The notes: generated from the letters alone by a model not told the origin. A stretch of 64,000 nucleotides of DNA from Octopus vulgaris (GCA_951406725.2 OX597816.1:167834001-167898000), one strand, 5' to 3'. Positions 1 through 12,400 are shown, numbered from the stretch's first letter. Numbers and translations: made by a program.

Positions 1-447
1 TATATGTATATATATATATATATGTATGTATATATATATATGTGTATGTATATATATATATATGTGTGTATATATATATATGTGTGTATGTATATATATA
101 TGTGTATGTATATATGTGTGTATGTTTATATATATATATGTGTATGTATATATATATATGTGTATGTATATATATATATGTATGTATATATATATATGTC
201 TATGTATATATATGTATGTATATAGCATGTGTATGTATATATATATATATATATGTGTATGTATATATATATATGTATGTATATATATATATGTATGTAT
301 ATATATATATGTGTATGTATATATATATATATATATATGTGTATGTATATATATATATGTGTGTATGTATATATATATATGTGTGTATGTATATATATAT
401 ATGTGTGTATGTGTATATATATATATGTATGTATGTATATATGTGTG

Positions 448-490
<43 letters not shown>

Positions 491-1110
491 ATATATATAT
501 ATATGTATGTTTATATATATATATATATGTGTATGTATATATATATATATATATGTGTGTATGTTTATATATATATATGTGTGTATGTGTATATATATAT
601 ATATGTATGTATATATATGTGTATGTATATATGTGTGTATGTTTATATATATATATGTGTGTATGTATATATATATATATATGTGTGTGAATGTATATAT
701 ATATGTGTGAATGTATATATATATGTGTATGTATGTATATATATATGTGTATGTATGTATATATATATATGTGTGTATATATATGTGTGTGTATATATAT
801 ATGTGTGTATGTATATATATATATATGTGTATGTATATATATATATATGTGTATGTATATATGTATGTATGTATATGTATATATGTATGTATATGTTATG
901 TATGTATGTATATGTTATGTATGTATGTATATGTTATCATCATCATCATCATTTAACGTCCGCTTTCCATGCTGTATATATATGTATATGTTATCTATGT
1001 ATATATATGTATATATGTATATATATGTATATATGTATATATATATATGTATAACATGTTTTTATATGTGTATGCATGTTTGTATTATGTATGCATACAT
1101 ATGTATATAT
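1..1110. repeat. Compound (TA)n/(TG)n/(TATG)n microsatellite
   Basis: Almost pure TA/TG dinucleotide sequence; the overlapping YI/CV-rich ORFs are artefacts. Confidence 0.97.
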
Positions 1111-1117
1111 AAAACAA

Positions 1118-1502
1118 GCGCAGGCGTGACTGTGTAGTAAGAAGCTTGCTTCTGAACCACATGGTTCTGGGTTCAGTCCCACTGCGTGGCACCTTGGGCA
1201 AGTGTCTTCTACTATAGCCTTGGGCCGACTAAAGCCTTGTGAGTGGGTTTGGTAGACGGAAACTGAAAGAATCCCATCGTATATATATGTATATATATAT
1301 GTGTGTTTTTGTCCCCCCACCTTCGTTTGACAACCGATGTTGGTGTGTTTACGTCCCCGTAACTTAGCGGTTCAGCAAAAGAGACCTATAGAATAAGTAT
1401 TAGGCTTACAAGGAATAAATCCTGGGGTCGATTCGTTCGTTTATAGATGGTACTCCTATAATGCTATGGCCGCAGTCAAATTGACTGAAACGAATAAAAG
1501 AG
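1118..1502 (+). mobile_element. tRNA-derived SINE, family A (CORE-like), copy 1
   Basis: Head GCAGGCGTGACTGTGTAGTAAG, B-box-like GGTTCAGTCCC, CACCTTGGGCAAGTG core, internal TA/TG tract, tail GCAGTCAAATTGACTGAAAC..AAAAGAG; more than 15 copies in the window. Confidence 0.85.
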
Positions 1503-2069
1503 TTTGTATGTATACATGTATATTTATACAAGTGCCCTGTTTATTTAATTCCTTTATGATCTTATAATCAGTGACTCAGGATTTCCTTTTTCTCTTTTGT
1601 CATGGCACTTGTCGAACTAGATTAGGTTACATAATATTATTTATTGAAGAAAAATTATTGAATAGACAATTGATAATGGGTTAAGAATTTCGCTTTGCAA
1701 CCATAAAGTCAAGAGTTCAGTCCCGCTGCGAGGCATCTTGTGCAAATGTCTTTTTCTATTGCCCTGGGTTGACCCATGCTTTGTGAGTAAAATTGTGCTG
1801 ATGGAAACTGTGTGGAAGCCTGGCAGATGGATAGTATATGTAATTCAAAGGTTTGACCTCATCACTCTGTATTACACTAATTCTACTTCAGAATTATGTT
1901 ATAAGTACTGGTATCTGTGGAGTACTCAACTACTTACAGACTAACTGAATGAGTCTTGGGGGTCAGTTGATCGAACAACTGGTGCCAATACTTGGAAGTT
2001 CTGACCAAGGTCCAAGCACTGCTGTGTTGTTATGTTTGCTTCCCAACCATGTCATAGCCCCGGGTTGAG

Positions 2070-2360
2070 GAGGCACATGGCCTAGTGGTTAGAGCAGCGG
2101 ACTCGCGGTCGAGGGATCGCGGGTTCGAATCTCATGTCATGTGTGTGTTTATGAGCAAAACACCGAAGTTTCACGCGGCTCCGGCAGAAGGTAATGGCGA
2201 ACTTCTGCTGACTCTTTCGCCACAACTTTCTTTCACTCTTTCCTCCTGCATCTTGCAGCTCACCTGCGACGAACCGGCATCCCGTCCAGGTGGGGAACCT
2301 ATACACCAAGGAAACCGGGAAGCCGGCCCTTATGAGCCAGGCATGGCTCGAGAAGGAACA
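2070..2360 (+). mobile_element. tRNA-derived SINE, family D (Meta-domain-like tail)
   Basis: A box TGGCCTAGTGG, B box GGTTCGAATCT, and GGAAACCGGGAAGCCGGCCC; related copies at 14380-14672, 23473-23772, 25284-25593 (-), 40880-41695 (-). Confidence 0.8.
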
Positions 2361-3949
2361 TGTGCATAGCCCTGGGCTGACCAAGGCCGACTAAATAGAT
2401 TTCATCCAGAACCATCTCACTTGTTAGCTGTTTGTGGGCTATTAATAGTGTTCTCCATACCCATATGTTACTGTAGCTCTCCCACCCCACTTCTCCTCAT
2501 GCACTACACTTGTCTGCCTCCCTCCTCCATTCCTGCCACCTACTCAAACACGTCATCTCTCTCCTCTCCTTGTCATCTGTATCATCATTACTACCCTGCT
2601 GCTAGTGTCCCTCTAGCCTTCTCAACTTATGCACCCCCGTTGCCCCTCAACCCTTCTCAGTTTTTACAGATGTTGCTCACCCTCTTACCCCCTTCTCTCC
2701 CATTTCCTTTATCTCCCCCTCCCACCCACCCCCTCCGTACACTCTTGCAACCTCCACCCCTCCCATCCACTACTACTCACCTAGTTCCTTGAGGTGCCAC
2801 ATGGACACCTCACCATCATCTCTCTGTCTCTTTTTGGAGATACTGCCAATTCTCTGTCTTTCTCATAATTGAGAATAGCCATGTAGCTCCTCTGCGACAA
2901 GAACTTGCTTTACCTCAACCTTTTCCTTCATAACTTAAACCCCATCTAATATAAGAATGCAGCCCCCTCCCATAGATTTTGTGGACTTGTGAGCTACATG
3001 GTGACCTCAATAGTACATACAAGAAAAGCACCCTGTACACACTGTAAAGTGATGGGCGTTAGGAAGGGCATTCAGCCAGAGACCATGCCAAAGCACACTG
3101 GAGTATGATGTAGGTCATAGATTTATTGGATCCTTGTCAAACCATCCAATCCATGCCAGCATGGAACATGAATGTTAAATGATGATGGTGGTGGTGGTAG
3201 TGGTGTGTGTGTGTGTGTGTGGGTGCATGTGTCTACTATCTTTATATCATCATCATTATTTAACATCTGTGCACCATGTTGGCATGGGTTGGATGTTTTG
3301 ACAAGATCTAAGGACTGCATCAGTGAAGGGGCATGGCTCAGTGGTTAGAGTGTCATGCTCACAACTATGAGGTAGTGAGTTTAATTCCCAGAATGGGCTG
3401 TGTGTTGTGTTCTTGAGCTAGACACTTTGTTTCATGTTGCTTCTGTTCACTTGGCCGTAGAAACGAGTTGCAATGTCACTGGTGCCAAGCTGCATCAGCC
3501 TTTTCCTTTCCCTTGGATAACAGCAATGGCATGGAGAGGAAAGCCTGGTACATATGGGCAGCTGTTAGTCTTCTATAAACAGCCTTGCCCAGACTTATGC
3601 CTCAGAGGGGAACTTCCCATGTCATTCATGACTGAAGGAGGTCTTCACCCAAGACTGCATCATGCTTTAGTGTCGGCTTTGGTATGGTTTCTATGGCTGA
3701 ATGCCCTTCCTAATGCTTAACCACTTAACAACATGCACCAGATGCTTTTTTTTGGAGAGGGGGCACCAACACTAGAGAGGTTGTGTGACTTGCATGATCC
3801 CCTTTGAATGAACATGGCTACAAAAGAGAGAAAGGTGGATTTATGTTAGGAGATGAGGGGTTAAAATATAAGAAAGGGCCAGAATAGAACAGGTTTCTTG
3901 CTACAGAAGAGCTGCACAGTGACTCCTCGCATTATAGAAGCAAGAGAGA

Positions 3950-4250
3950 GTAGGGGTGACTAGGGTGGAGCTGGAAAAAACTATAGTTTCATATCTACTT
4001 GTGGAGAGGAGGATGTCTAGTTCCTGTTTGAAGACATCTACTTCCACCTTATGCAGATTTCTTAATTTTGGGGGCAGGGCATTGAAGAGCTGTGGGCCTT
4101 TGAACCCTAGACTATTGCAGTACCTGGTACTGAATTTAGATGAAGTGGATGGTGCCTTGTGGTACAATACAATGTATATATTCTATATATGGGCACCTCA
4201 CTCAATCAATCTCCTCCATGTCTCCCCTGGAGCTTCCCTCCACTTCTGAT
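3950..4250 (-). mobile_element. Degenerate CR1/L2-like LINE ORF2 C-terminal fragment
   Basis: Translation RYCNSLGFKGPQLFNALPPKLRNLHKVEVDVFKQELD resembles the (W/F)NxLP...FKxxLD terminus of CR1-group ORF2. Confidence 0.65.
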
Positions 4251-5132
4251 AGCACTTTTCTTTCTTGCTATCCAGAACTATTTCAGTTGTTAGTCATTCT
4301 TCATCCATTAATATTGTTCCCTATATCCACATTTCATAATGGCTATTCTCTCCCACCTTGGACCACTAAGTTATTCCTCTTCACCCAGTATATGTATTTC
4401 TCCTTCTACTCCACATTTGCCTCCTACCCATCTCTCTCTCTCTCTTTTCCACTGTCAATCATTGCTCTACTCTGCTGCTAGCATCTCTCAAGCCTCACCA
4501 ACTTGTGAACCCCCTCACCTTAACCCTTCTCAGTCTTTACATATGTCGGCTATCTATCTCCCACTCTTCCATTTCCTCTACCTCTTCCCCATCATACATT
4601 CTTGCAAACTCCCACCTACTTTGTGCTTTGAGGTACCATATGGACACCTCATCACCATCTGTCTATCTCTTTGGAGATACCACCATTTCATTCTCACTCT
4701 CTCTCCAAAATGTGAGTAGCCCTGCAACTCCTCCACAAGAACTTGCTCTATTCCACCATCTTTTCCCTGTACCTCAAGTCTTGTTTAACAATAAGTCAAT
4801 ACTCTCCCTTCTAAGGTTTTATAGACATGTGAGCTTGATGGTGACCTCGATAGTACCGGTAGTATGAAAAAATGCACCCAGTACACACTGGAAAATTTTT
4901 GGTGTTAGGAATGGCATCCAGTCACAGAAACCATTCCAGAGCACACATTTGTGCATGATGATATATATATATATATATATATAGCCGTCCAACCCATGCT
5001 AGCATGGAAAACGGACGCTAAACGATGATGATGATGATATATAGGGAGAGTTTACGAAAAAAACAAAAGATGAAGACAGGTGTGTACAAAACAAACAGAT
5101 GTATTAGTATAACGCTCAGGAATAGAAAAAGT

Positions 5133-5168
5133 CTTTTATGTTTCGAGCCTACGCTCTTCTACAGAAAG
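5133..5168 (-). ncRNA. Minimal hammerhead-like motif with variant CUGUAGA core, in a short repeat (5043-5229)
   Basis: Minus strand reads CUUU-CUGUAGA-A-GAGC(GUAG)GCUC-GAAA-CAUA-AAAG; second copy at 17192-17227. Confidence 0.5.
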
Positions 5169-5480
5169 GGACACAGAAAAAACAAGGAGAGAAAAAAATG
5201 TGTGTAGTGGCTAATGATCTATCATGGCGACTGATAATATATTGATGATGATGATAAGAGAGAGAATGTTATATTAAATCTCTGAGTGAGATATAAACAG
5301 TACCAGTATGAAACCGTAACATATATTTGCCAACTAAGTGTGGCATCCTATACAGGACAGTGCTACTGATGTTTATAGCCCCAGGAAGACATTTTCTCCA
5401 GCTGGCTAATGACACACATTCTGTGTCTGATTGGTATTTGCGAGGGGAGGTCATCGCTCCCATCTCTAGCCTTATGTAAT

Positions 5481-5527
5481 ACAGACTGACTCGAGTTTCT
5501 GGGTGGTTATCCATCCTCAGCATGTGT
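5481..5527 (-). ncRNA. Type I hammerhead ribozyme (inverted-arm copy, weakened stems)
   Basis: Minus strand reads ACACAUG-CUGAGGA-UGG...CCA-GAAAC-UCGA-GUC-AGUCUGU. Confidence 0.65.
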
Positions 5528-5618
5528 TAATCACCAGCTAGTGATGGAAGCTCATTCCACAAGAAAAATATATAGTAATTTGCGAGTGGAATGAGCTTCC
5601 ATCACTAGCTAGTGATTA

Positions 5619-5665
5619 ACACACACTGAGGATGGGTAATCACTCAGAAACTCAAGTCTGTGTGT
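5619..5665 (+). ncRNA. Type I hammerhead ribozyme, intact core
   Basis: Stem I ACACACA/UGUGUGU, core CUGAGGA (5626-5632), stem II UGGGU-AAUC-ACUCA, GAAAC-UCAA-GUC with predicted cleavage after 5658. Confidence 0.85.
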
Positions 5666-6326
5666 ATCACGTAAGGCTAGAAATTGGAGCGATGACTTCT
5701 CCTTGCAAACACTAATTGGACACAGAATGTGTGTTGTTAGCCAACTGGAGGAGATGTCTTCCTGGAGCTATAAACACCAGTAGCACTGTCCTGTATAGGA
5801 TGCCACACTTAGTTGACATATGTTACGGTGTGTGTATATATATATATATATATACATCGTGTATACACACACACACACACACAGCTTTGTACAGGTTTTG
5901 TCTATTAAATTTAGTTACAAAGCATTAGTTGGCCTAGAACTATAGAAGACACTTGCCTTAGGAACCCTGCTGTGGGACTGAACCTAAAACAATGTGGTTG
6001 CATAGAAAACTGCTTAACCATGCAACCATATTTGCATTAAAGTGTGTGTGAGTGATATCATTATCATTTTATGCAGGCACATACACACATACTCACAGGC
6101 ACACACACAAAAGTATGTTTACAGTTGTCAAATATTTGAACATGTTGAAACAAAACTTGTGTGTGTGTGTGTGTGTGTGTATGCATGTAAATATGTTTCC
6201 AGTTGTCAAATATTTGGACACATGTAAACAAAACTTGTATGCATCAGTAACTCCATGAAGCCAGCTGCTTCCAAAAATATAGATGTTCTCCCTGATGTAT
6301 CAGGGACTGTTTCTTCCCTGTCCTGA

Positions 6327-6595
6327 TCATCATCATCATTTAATGTCTGTTTTCTGTGCTAGCATGGGTTGGACGGTTCAACCAGGGTCTGGGAAGCCAG
6401 GAGTCTGCATCAGGCTTCAGTCTGAGCTAGCAGTGTTTCTACAGCTGGATGCCCTTCCTAACGCCAACCACTCCATGAGTAAAGTGGGTGCTTTTTACGT
6501 GCCACTGGCACAGGTGCCAGGGGAGACTGGCATGGTGCTTTTCACATGCCACCGGCACAGTAGCCAGTCAAGGTGGCGCTGATATCGGTCACGTT
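6327..6595 (-). mobile_element. Family C retroposon (RTE 3' UTR-type, (GAT)n tail)
   Basis: (CAT)n then TTAATGTCTGTTTTCTGTGCTAGCATGGGTTGGAC...CAGCTGGATGCCCTTCCTAACGCCAACCAC; about 14 copies in the window. Confidence 0.8.
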
Positions 6596-6959
6596 GCTTA
6601 ATTTTCAGTACTCCCATGAGTTGGTTAACTCTTCTCCAGAACAACATCTCTCCATGTTTGATCATTCTATATCTTTTGCATAAGGTTCAGTATCCTGATA
6701 TTGGCTTTCACCACTTTTTCCCCTATTTTGTTTGCTCTTCCTCTTCCTCTCATTTCTTCCTCTTGCATTGCTTGGTGATACATATTTACAGTGTTCACAT
6801 GTGTAGTGTTCGTGTGTTTGGCTGATGGAGCACAAACGAAGAGAAAGACTGAGTATAAAGGAGGACAGATGTAGTGTGCAAGAGGCAACTACACTACCTC
6901 TGTAGTGTCAACTACACTACATCTGTAGTGTAGTCGCACTACAGATGTAGTGTGCAAAA

Positions 6960-7190
6960 GGCGACAAACTGGCAGAAATGTTAGTGCGCCGAGTGAAATG
7001 CTTAGCGGTATTTCATCTGCCGTTACGTTCTGAGTTCAAATTCCGCCGAGGTCGACTTTGCCTTTCATCCTTTCGGGGTCGATAAATTAAGTACCAGTTA
7101 CGCACTGAGGTCGATATAATCGACTTAATCCATTTGTCTGTCCTTGTTTGTCCTCTCTGTGTTTAGCCCCTTGTGGGTAATAAAGAAATA
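6960..7190 (+). mobile_element. SINE family B (Nin/Deu-domain-like)
   Basis: CTGGCAGAAATGTTAG head, GAGTTCAAATTCC B box, GCCTTTCATCCTTTCGGGGTCGATAAATTAAGTACCAG central domain; copies at 9893, 20122, 31030, 32730, 33848, 50430 and 63437-63651 (-). Confidence 0.8.
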
Positions 7191-7330
7191 AGATGTAGTG
7201 TGCAAGAATGAGGACTGCATTGGTTTTGATATGTATGTAATAACCTATGTACCTATCCGTCTGTATGTTGATCTTTACTTTCATATCCATATATTTATAT
7301 ACATTTGCATATACATATATATACATACAT

Positions 7331-7710
7331 AGGCGCAGGAGTGGCTGTGTGGTAAGTAGCTTGCTAACCAACCACATGGTTCCGGGTTCAGTCCCACTGC
7401 GTGGCATCTTGGGCAAGTGTCTTCTACTATAGCCTCGGGCCGACCAATGCCTTGTGAGTGGATTTGGTAGACGGAAACTGAAAGAAGCCCGTCGTATATA
7501 TGTATATATATATATATATATGCATGTGTGTTTGTGTGTCTGTGTTCGTTCCCCTAGCATTGCTTGACAACTGATGCTGGTGTGTTTATGTCCCCGTAAC
7601 TTAGCGGTTCGGCAAAAGAGACCGATAGAATAAGTCCCGGGGTCGAGTTGCTCGATTAAAGGCAGTGCTCCAGCATGGCCGCAGTCAAATGACTGAAACA
7701 AGTAAAAGAG
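7331..7710 (+). mobile_element. SINE family A, near full length
   Basis: GGCGCAGGAGTGGCTGTGTGGTAAG through AAACAAGTAAAAGAG. Confidence 0.88.
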
Positions 7711-7959
7711 TATACACCCACATACACACATCTATCTACATAACAGCACACTAACTATTCTATTCTACCTGTGTAAACTGTGGGTATGGGGGTATGATAT
7801 CTACTATGTATATTTCCTATTTAGTATTGGGGAGGTTTCATTTAGTTACAAAGCATTAGTTGGCCTTGAGCTACAGAAGACACTTGCCCTAGGAACCCTG
7901 CTGTGGGATTGAACCTAAAACAATGTGGTTGCATAGCAAACTGCTTAACCATGTTACCT

Positions 7960-8870
7960 CCATGTTGGTCCTTGGTATGTTGGTAGAGTATGGAGGTCTG
8001 TATTTTTATTGTCATATTGTCTCAAATGTTCATTTAGTCGTTCTGCAATACTTCTTGATGTCTCCCCTATGTATGTCATGTTCATGTCTCTACAAGCACC
8101 TTCTATGCATTCTTATGCTGTAAACTACATTTCCAGTTCTACAGGGCTAATCCTACATACCATGCAGTTATCATTGGTGCATATGATATTCTCAAAGGAG
8201 TATGTCCTACATAGTTGTGATCTGACAGAGTTCCCTGGCTTTTCAACAATCTTAATGTTGAGTTTAGTCTCCTTCAGGGCTTTTCTAAATCTACGGGCTT
8301 GTTCTCCATGGGCTGTGGCCTCTACAAACATCACTCCTTGATATTTGTCGGTTTTATACCACATGTTTGCCCTGTTTGCTTTGTCACAAGTTCTTTGTAT
8401 CATATTCAAGTCTTTGTTTCTATATCTAGGGCAGGTACCACTGGTATCATTGCGTATAATGTTATCCAATTTCCTTCTAGAACCCCTGTATACTCAAACC
8501 CTATCTTTCTGATCCAGAGAATTGCATGCAGTGCATGAAGTTCTGTACATGTTTCTTCGTTTCATGGGGTTTGCATAGTGGGGACACGTTGTTCGTTATC
8601 CTAAGTCTGCTATCAGTATGTTAATTTTCATGTTGTGTGTGACACAGCTGAATTCTTGTGAACAAAATATTTTGAAGCTATGGTTTTCATGTAATAGGAG
8701 TGGAGGCGTTGCACACTGTTGTTCACAGTCTCTAACCAAAGTTCAGTATCAAGGATGGGGTGGGGTCTATTGTTGGGGTGCTTAGTGGGTAATCTATTAG
8801 TTACCTTGATACTTTGGTGGTTAGAGTTAGCCACTTGCTGGATGCTCTCCATTACATTCCTCTCAGTTTC
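7960..8870 (-). mobile_element. Decayed Penelope-like retroelement (RT C-terminus, Cys linker, GIY-YIG endonuclease)
   Basis: Frameshifted minus-strand translation: PILDTELW...HSYYMK, then VMFVEATAHGE...KIVEKPG...CTNDNCMVC, then TYIGETSRSIAERLNEHLR (about 8020-8076). Confidence 0.8.
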
Positions 8871-8917
8871 TACACTACTGTTACTAGAGTAAATTTACTG
8901 GTGAGTGTGTTAAATTG

Positions 8918-9300
8918 TCTCTCTCTATATAAACGGCAGTTTGTCTGTGCGTGTTTCTGTGTGTCTTTGCTTGTACCCTCATCCTGACCACGGCTTTCAA
9001 CCGATTCTGATGAAACTTGACACACACATAGCCCAATGTCATAATTCAAAACTAACGCAGCAAAAATTTTGAAAAGTTCCCCCAGTTCTGAAAAAAATCG
9101 ATAAATTCGACATGGGGTCGAAAATCAGAAACACGAACCACAAACTGTCTAGGGGACGCAACTCAACCTTTTTTAAATCTCAAAAAAAAATTTACCATAA
9201 TTTTTTTCCATTTTTTTGCTATTTTTTGGCTATAACTCTCTACAAATGCTTTATAGTTATTTCCCTTACAAACCTGAGCAACGCCGGGCGATACTGCTAG
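8918..9300 (+). mobile_element. Non-autonomous Helitron-like element
   Basis: 5' TC..TATATAAA start; 3' hairpin CCTGAGCAACGCCGGG followed by CTAG|T. The 3' end is shared with 59524-60160. Confidence 0.72.
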
Positions 9301-9389
9301 TAAGGCACTAAAAGAGAATGACTCTCCCCAGGTACAACAGAATATCCTATCTAGCTGATCAACACTTGAAAACTGACATGACTTCAGTG

Positions 9390-9545
9390 TCACCGGATAG
9401 CAGGTGTAAAAGGGGCAGGCTGAAGATCACTTGGTAACTGACTTTTGAAGATGACCTAAAGATAGTCAATATTATGTGGAATGAATATGCAAGAGTATCA
9501 GATAACCAAACTCAGTGGAGGAGGCTTGCCATACAAATAGGCTAA
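9390..9545 (+). mobile_element. Decayed RTE-like LINE 3' coding fragment
   Basis: Translation RCKRGRLKITW*LTFEDDLK...WNEYARVSDNQTQWRRL resembles the RGRP..W....DL.....DR..W terminus. Confidence 0.5.
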
Positions 9546-10377
9546 GCAGCCAGGGGCTCCTAAAGCCAAATATATAAGTGTACACATGGATTCATATATA
9601 CATGCATGTACATATATAGGTAGATGGCATTTTAATTAGTAGCTTTGAATTCAACGTGGCACAGCTGTCAATATATATATATACATTGAATTGGTTTAAT
9701 AACTCTATATTAGAATATCAACTGGGATACCAGAATTCAAGATACCAATTGTCAAGTTGTAGTGGGGAACACACACACACACACACACTCTCTCTCTCTC
9801 TCTCTCTCTCACATATGTGCACACAATCGACTTTCACACAGCTTTTGTCTACTAAATTCACTCACTAGGCATTGGTTGACCCAGAGCAGAAGGCAGGGAG
9901 CTGGCAGAAACGTTAGCATGCTGGACGAAATGCTTAGCGGTATTTCGCTTGTCTTTATGTTCAGAGTTCAAATTTCGCTGAGGTTGACTTTGCCTTTCAT
10001 CCTTTCAGAGTCAATAAATTAAGTACCAGTTGCGTACTGGGGTCAATCTAATCACTGGCTCCCACCCCCAAATTTCTGGCCTTGTGCCTAGAGTAGGAAA
10101 AAAAAAAAGGGTTATAGTAGAAGACATTTATCCAAGATGCTGTGTATGGAACTGAACTGGAAATCATGTGGTTGCAAAGTGAACTTCAGAACCACTCAAC
10201 CATTCCTTCCACCAGTATATTTGTCATTTTACTCATTCTGGATTGAACTCGTATCCCCCCACCTAAGTTACTTGACTTAACCCTTTTGATATAAGCCTCC
10301 TGGTTCTAGAATTCTTGAATCAAAATCTGTACATTTTAACATAAATGTTGCAACAAAATGATTAATGCTTAATGATT

Positions 10378-10603
10378 AACCCTTTTGTTACTAACCCGGC
10401 CAAAACCAGCTCTGGCTCTGTGGTAAAATGTCTTGTTTTCATAAGTTTTGAATTAAAATATTCCACCAAGCCTTAGTCGCAATTTTCGTTCCTAACACTA
10501 GCTGAATGATAGCTAAGTTATTTTACTAAATTCTTTGTTATATTTAAAATAATTGAAAGAAACACAGAGCATCTCAAAATAAATACAATAACAAAAGAGT
10601 TAA
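10378..10603. mobile_element. ~225 bp TTAA-flanked (piggyBac-type) MITE
   Basis: TTAA-CCCTTTTGTTAC...TAACAAAAGAG-TTAA termini; same family as 15121-16072 and 45890-46360. Confidence 0.75.
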
Positions 10604-11826
10604 TTGAAACATGAATTTAGTCCCTGTATTAGTTAAACAATAAATATGTCCTCTGGTTCACAATATTCCTAGTGTGGATCATGGACAGAGAACAGGATAC
10701 CCTTGTGGACATAACGAAGGGCTTGATTTGAAATTATAAGCGAGAGCACAGACACGGCTGTCTGGTTAAGAAACTTGCTTCCCAGCTATCTGATCTTGGG
10801 TTCAGTCCCACATTGTGGTTCTATGGGCAAGTGTCTTCTGTTATAACTCTGGGCTGACCAAAGCCTCATGAGTGGATTTGGCAGACAAACTGAAAAAAAG
10901 CCTGTTGTATATGTATATATGTATGTGTGTCTGTGTGTATGTTTACCCGTGTCTTGACATCATGGTTGTAAATGAGCACCACTCTCATACAAGCAGTGCT
11001 GTTAGTTTCTTATATATGAAAAATATATCTGGCTAGGGGGAAATATATACTTTGCTTGGAAATAAGTGGGGATTGATGACAGGAAAGGCACCCAATTATA
11101 GAAAATCTGCCTCAATAAATTCCATGTGACCCACACAAACATGAGAAAGTGGATGTTAAATGATGATGATACTCAATATGATAGACACCTGAGGAATGGC
11201 AGGACTGGGATTACAATGGCTGAAACAGGGTAACAATAATAACGAAGGTGATGACACTTGTCTGAACACATCAGTTTATAATGAAGTATACTTATTTACA
11301 AGATGGTGCCAAATATACAGATCTCCCTTCTGTGTAAAATACATGTATGAATGATGAGTGTCTATATACACGTGGGTGTGTTTGTCTAAGTCTATGTGAA
11401 CACTTGTGCATATGTGTGTATGGGTGGGTGGACGTGAGACCTTACTGACCAATACATTATGATTACTCAATGTCGACACAGCTGAAAAACGTTTTGGTAG
11501 AAAGTACTTGCATTGAGGTCAAGTAGATAGGAAACACACCCCACTTTGCTGACTTGTTCAGCCCATATTTCTCATGTGTATGTGTGTGTAAAATTTGACA
11601 GAGAGGTTTTGCCAGTCCTGTAGCTTTTTCACAGTTTGAATAAACCATGAACCTGTTGAGGCTTTAAAGTTACTGTCAGTTATAAGAAATAATAGATTCT
11701 ACACACATTCTCTATTCAGCAAATGTTGTTTTTGTGCATAAAAACAGTTGTTTTCAAAGTTTCCCCATTTGCACAGCTTTCATCTCCTTGTGTTCTGTCT
11801 GTTTAACCCTTGATACACACACACAT

Positions 11827-12083
11827 ATATATAAGAGGAAGAACCACTAAGGTGGATTTCTAATATGCTAGAAGACAATGCCAGATTGCCTTACCACGAA
11901 GAATATGTTTTCAAGAAATTTCAGCAAGACGCAATGAAAAGATCTATCTTTTCATTTGTCTTGCTCGTTTACATTCTGGCGTTTTGCTGAAATTTTTGAG
12001 AACATATTCTTCATGGTAAGGCGATCTGGCATCGTCTTCTAGCATATTAGGAATCCACCTTGGTGGTTATTCCTTTTATATAT
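11827..12083. repeat. Fold-back inverted repeat (~105 bp arms) of a PLE-like pLTR end
   Basis: Arms are reverse complements; the right arm is similar to 35575-35675, which lies just downstream of a hammerhead. Confidence 0.85.
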
Positions 12084-12124
12084 GTAATATAATTCATATT
12101 GAGGAATATTTGAGGATTTCATAG

Positions 12125-12349
12125 AACAACGTAAAACCTGGCTGATGACGGTCAAGGCTGATCTAGAACCCAACCTAGGCTCCCATATCTACGGTGTTCG
12201 CCGCTGGAATAAGGAGTGGTTGGAGATCATGCGGTCGTTAGCCTCAAATCGCCAGGCCTGGTCGGCGTTTGTGAGATGCAGCATTGAGGATGAATGAAGC
12301 CAGCTCAACCCACCCTGGGTGAATGCTGTCAAGTCAGTCAGTCAGTCAA
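12125..12349 (+). mobile_element. RTE-clade LINE 3' end with (CAGT)n tail
   Basis: Translation QRKTWLMTVKADLEPNLGSHIYGVRRWNKEWLEIMRSLASNRQAW followed by AAGTCAGTCAGTCAGTCA. Confidence 0.75.
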
Positions 12350-12400
12350 TATAATTCATTGTCTTTGGATTTTTTAAAGTATGCTAGATATTATATATAT

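Larger units (their letters stand above)
5313..5829. repeat. Inverted repeat with ~245 bp arms (5313-5560 / 5586-5829), PLE pLTR-like
   Basis: Arms are diverged reverse complements (CAACTAAGTGTGGCATCCTATACAGGACAG vs CTGTCCTGTATAGGATGCCACACTTAGTTG); each arm carries a hammerhead. Confidence 0.9.

Noticed and set aside
4-1137. Long ORFs up to 342 aa rich in Y/I/C/V/M
   Set aside because: Translations of TA/TG microsatellite lacking stops; the same applies at 38460-38947, 58467-58817 and 62534-63032.
991-1320. Recurrent ORFs such as LLSVSVYQIHSQGFG...EDTCPRCHAVGLNPEPCG and LQSDLAVFLQLDALPNANHS
   Set aside because: Chance translations of SINE and LINE-UTR consensus repeated in many copies; not a protein family.
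2070-2135. tRNA genes at SINE heads (also 14380, 23473, 36547)
   Set aside because: Cloverleaf stems are broken and each continues into a SINE body with no Pol III terminator.
8995-9025. CTGATGAAAC as a hammerhead core
   Set aside because: No stem II between CUGAUGA and GAAA; it is part of a Helitron-like element.
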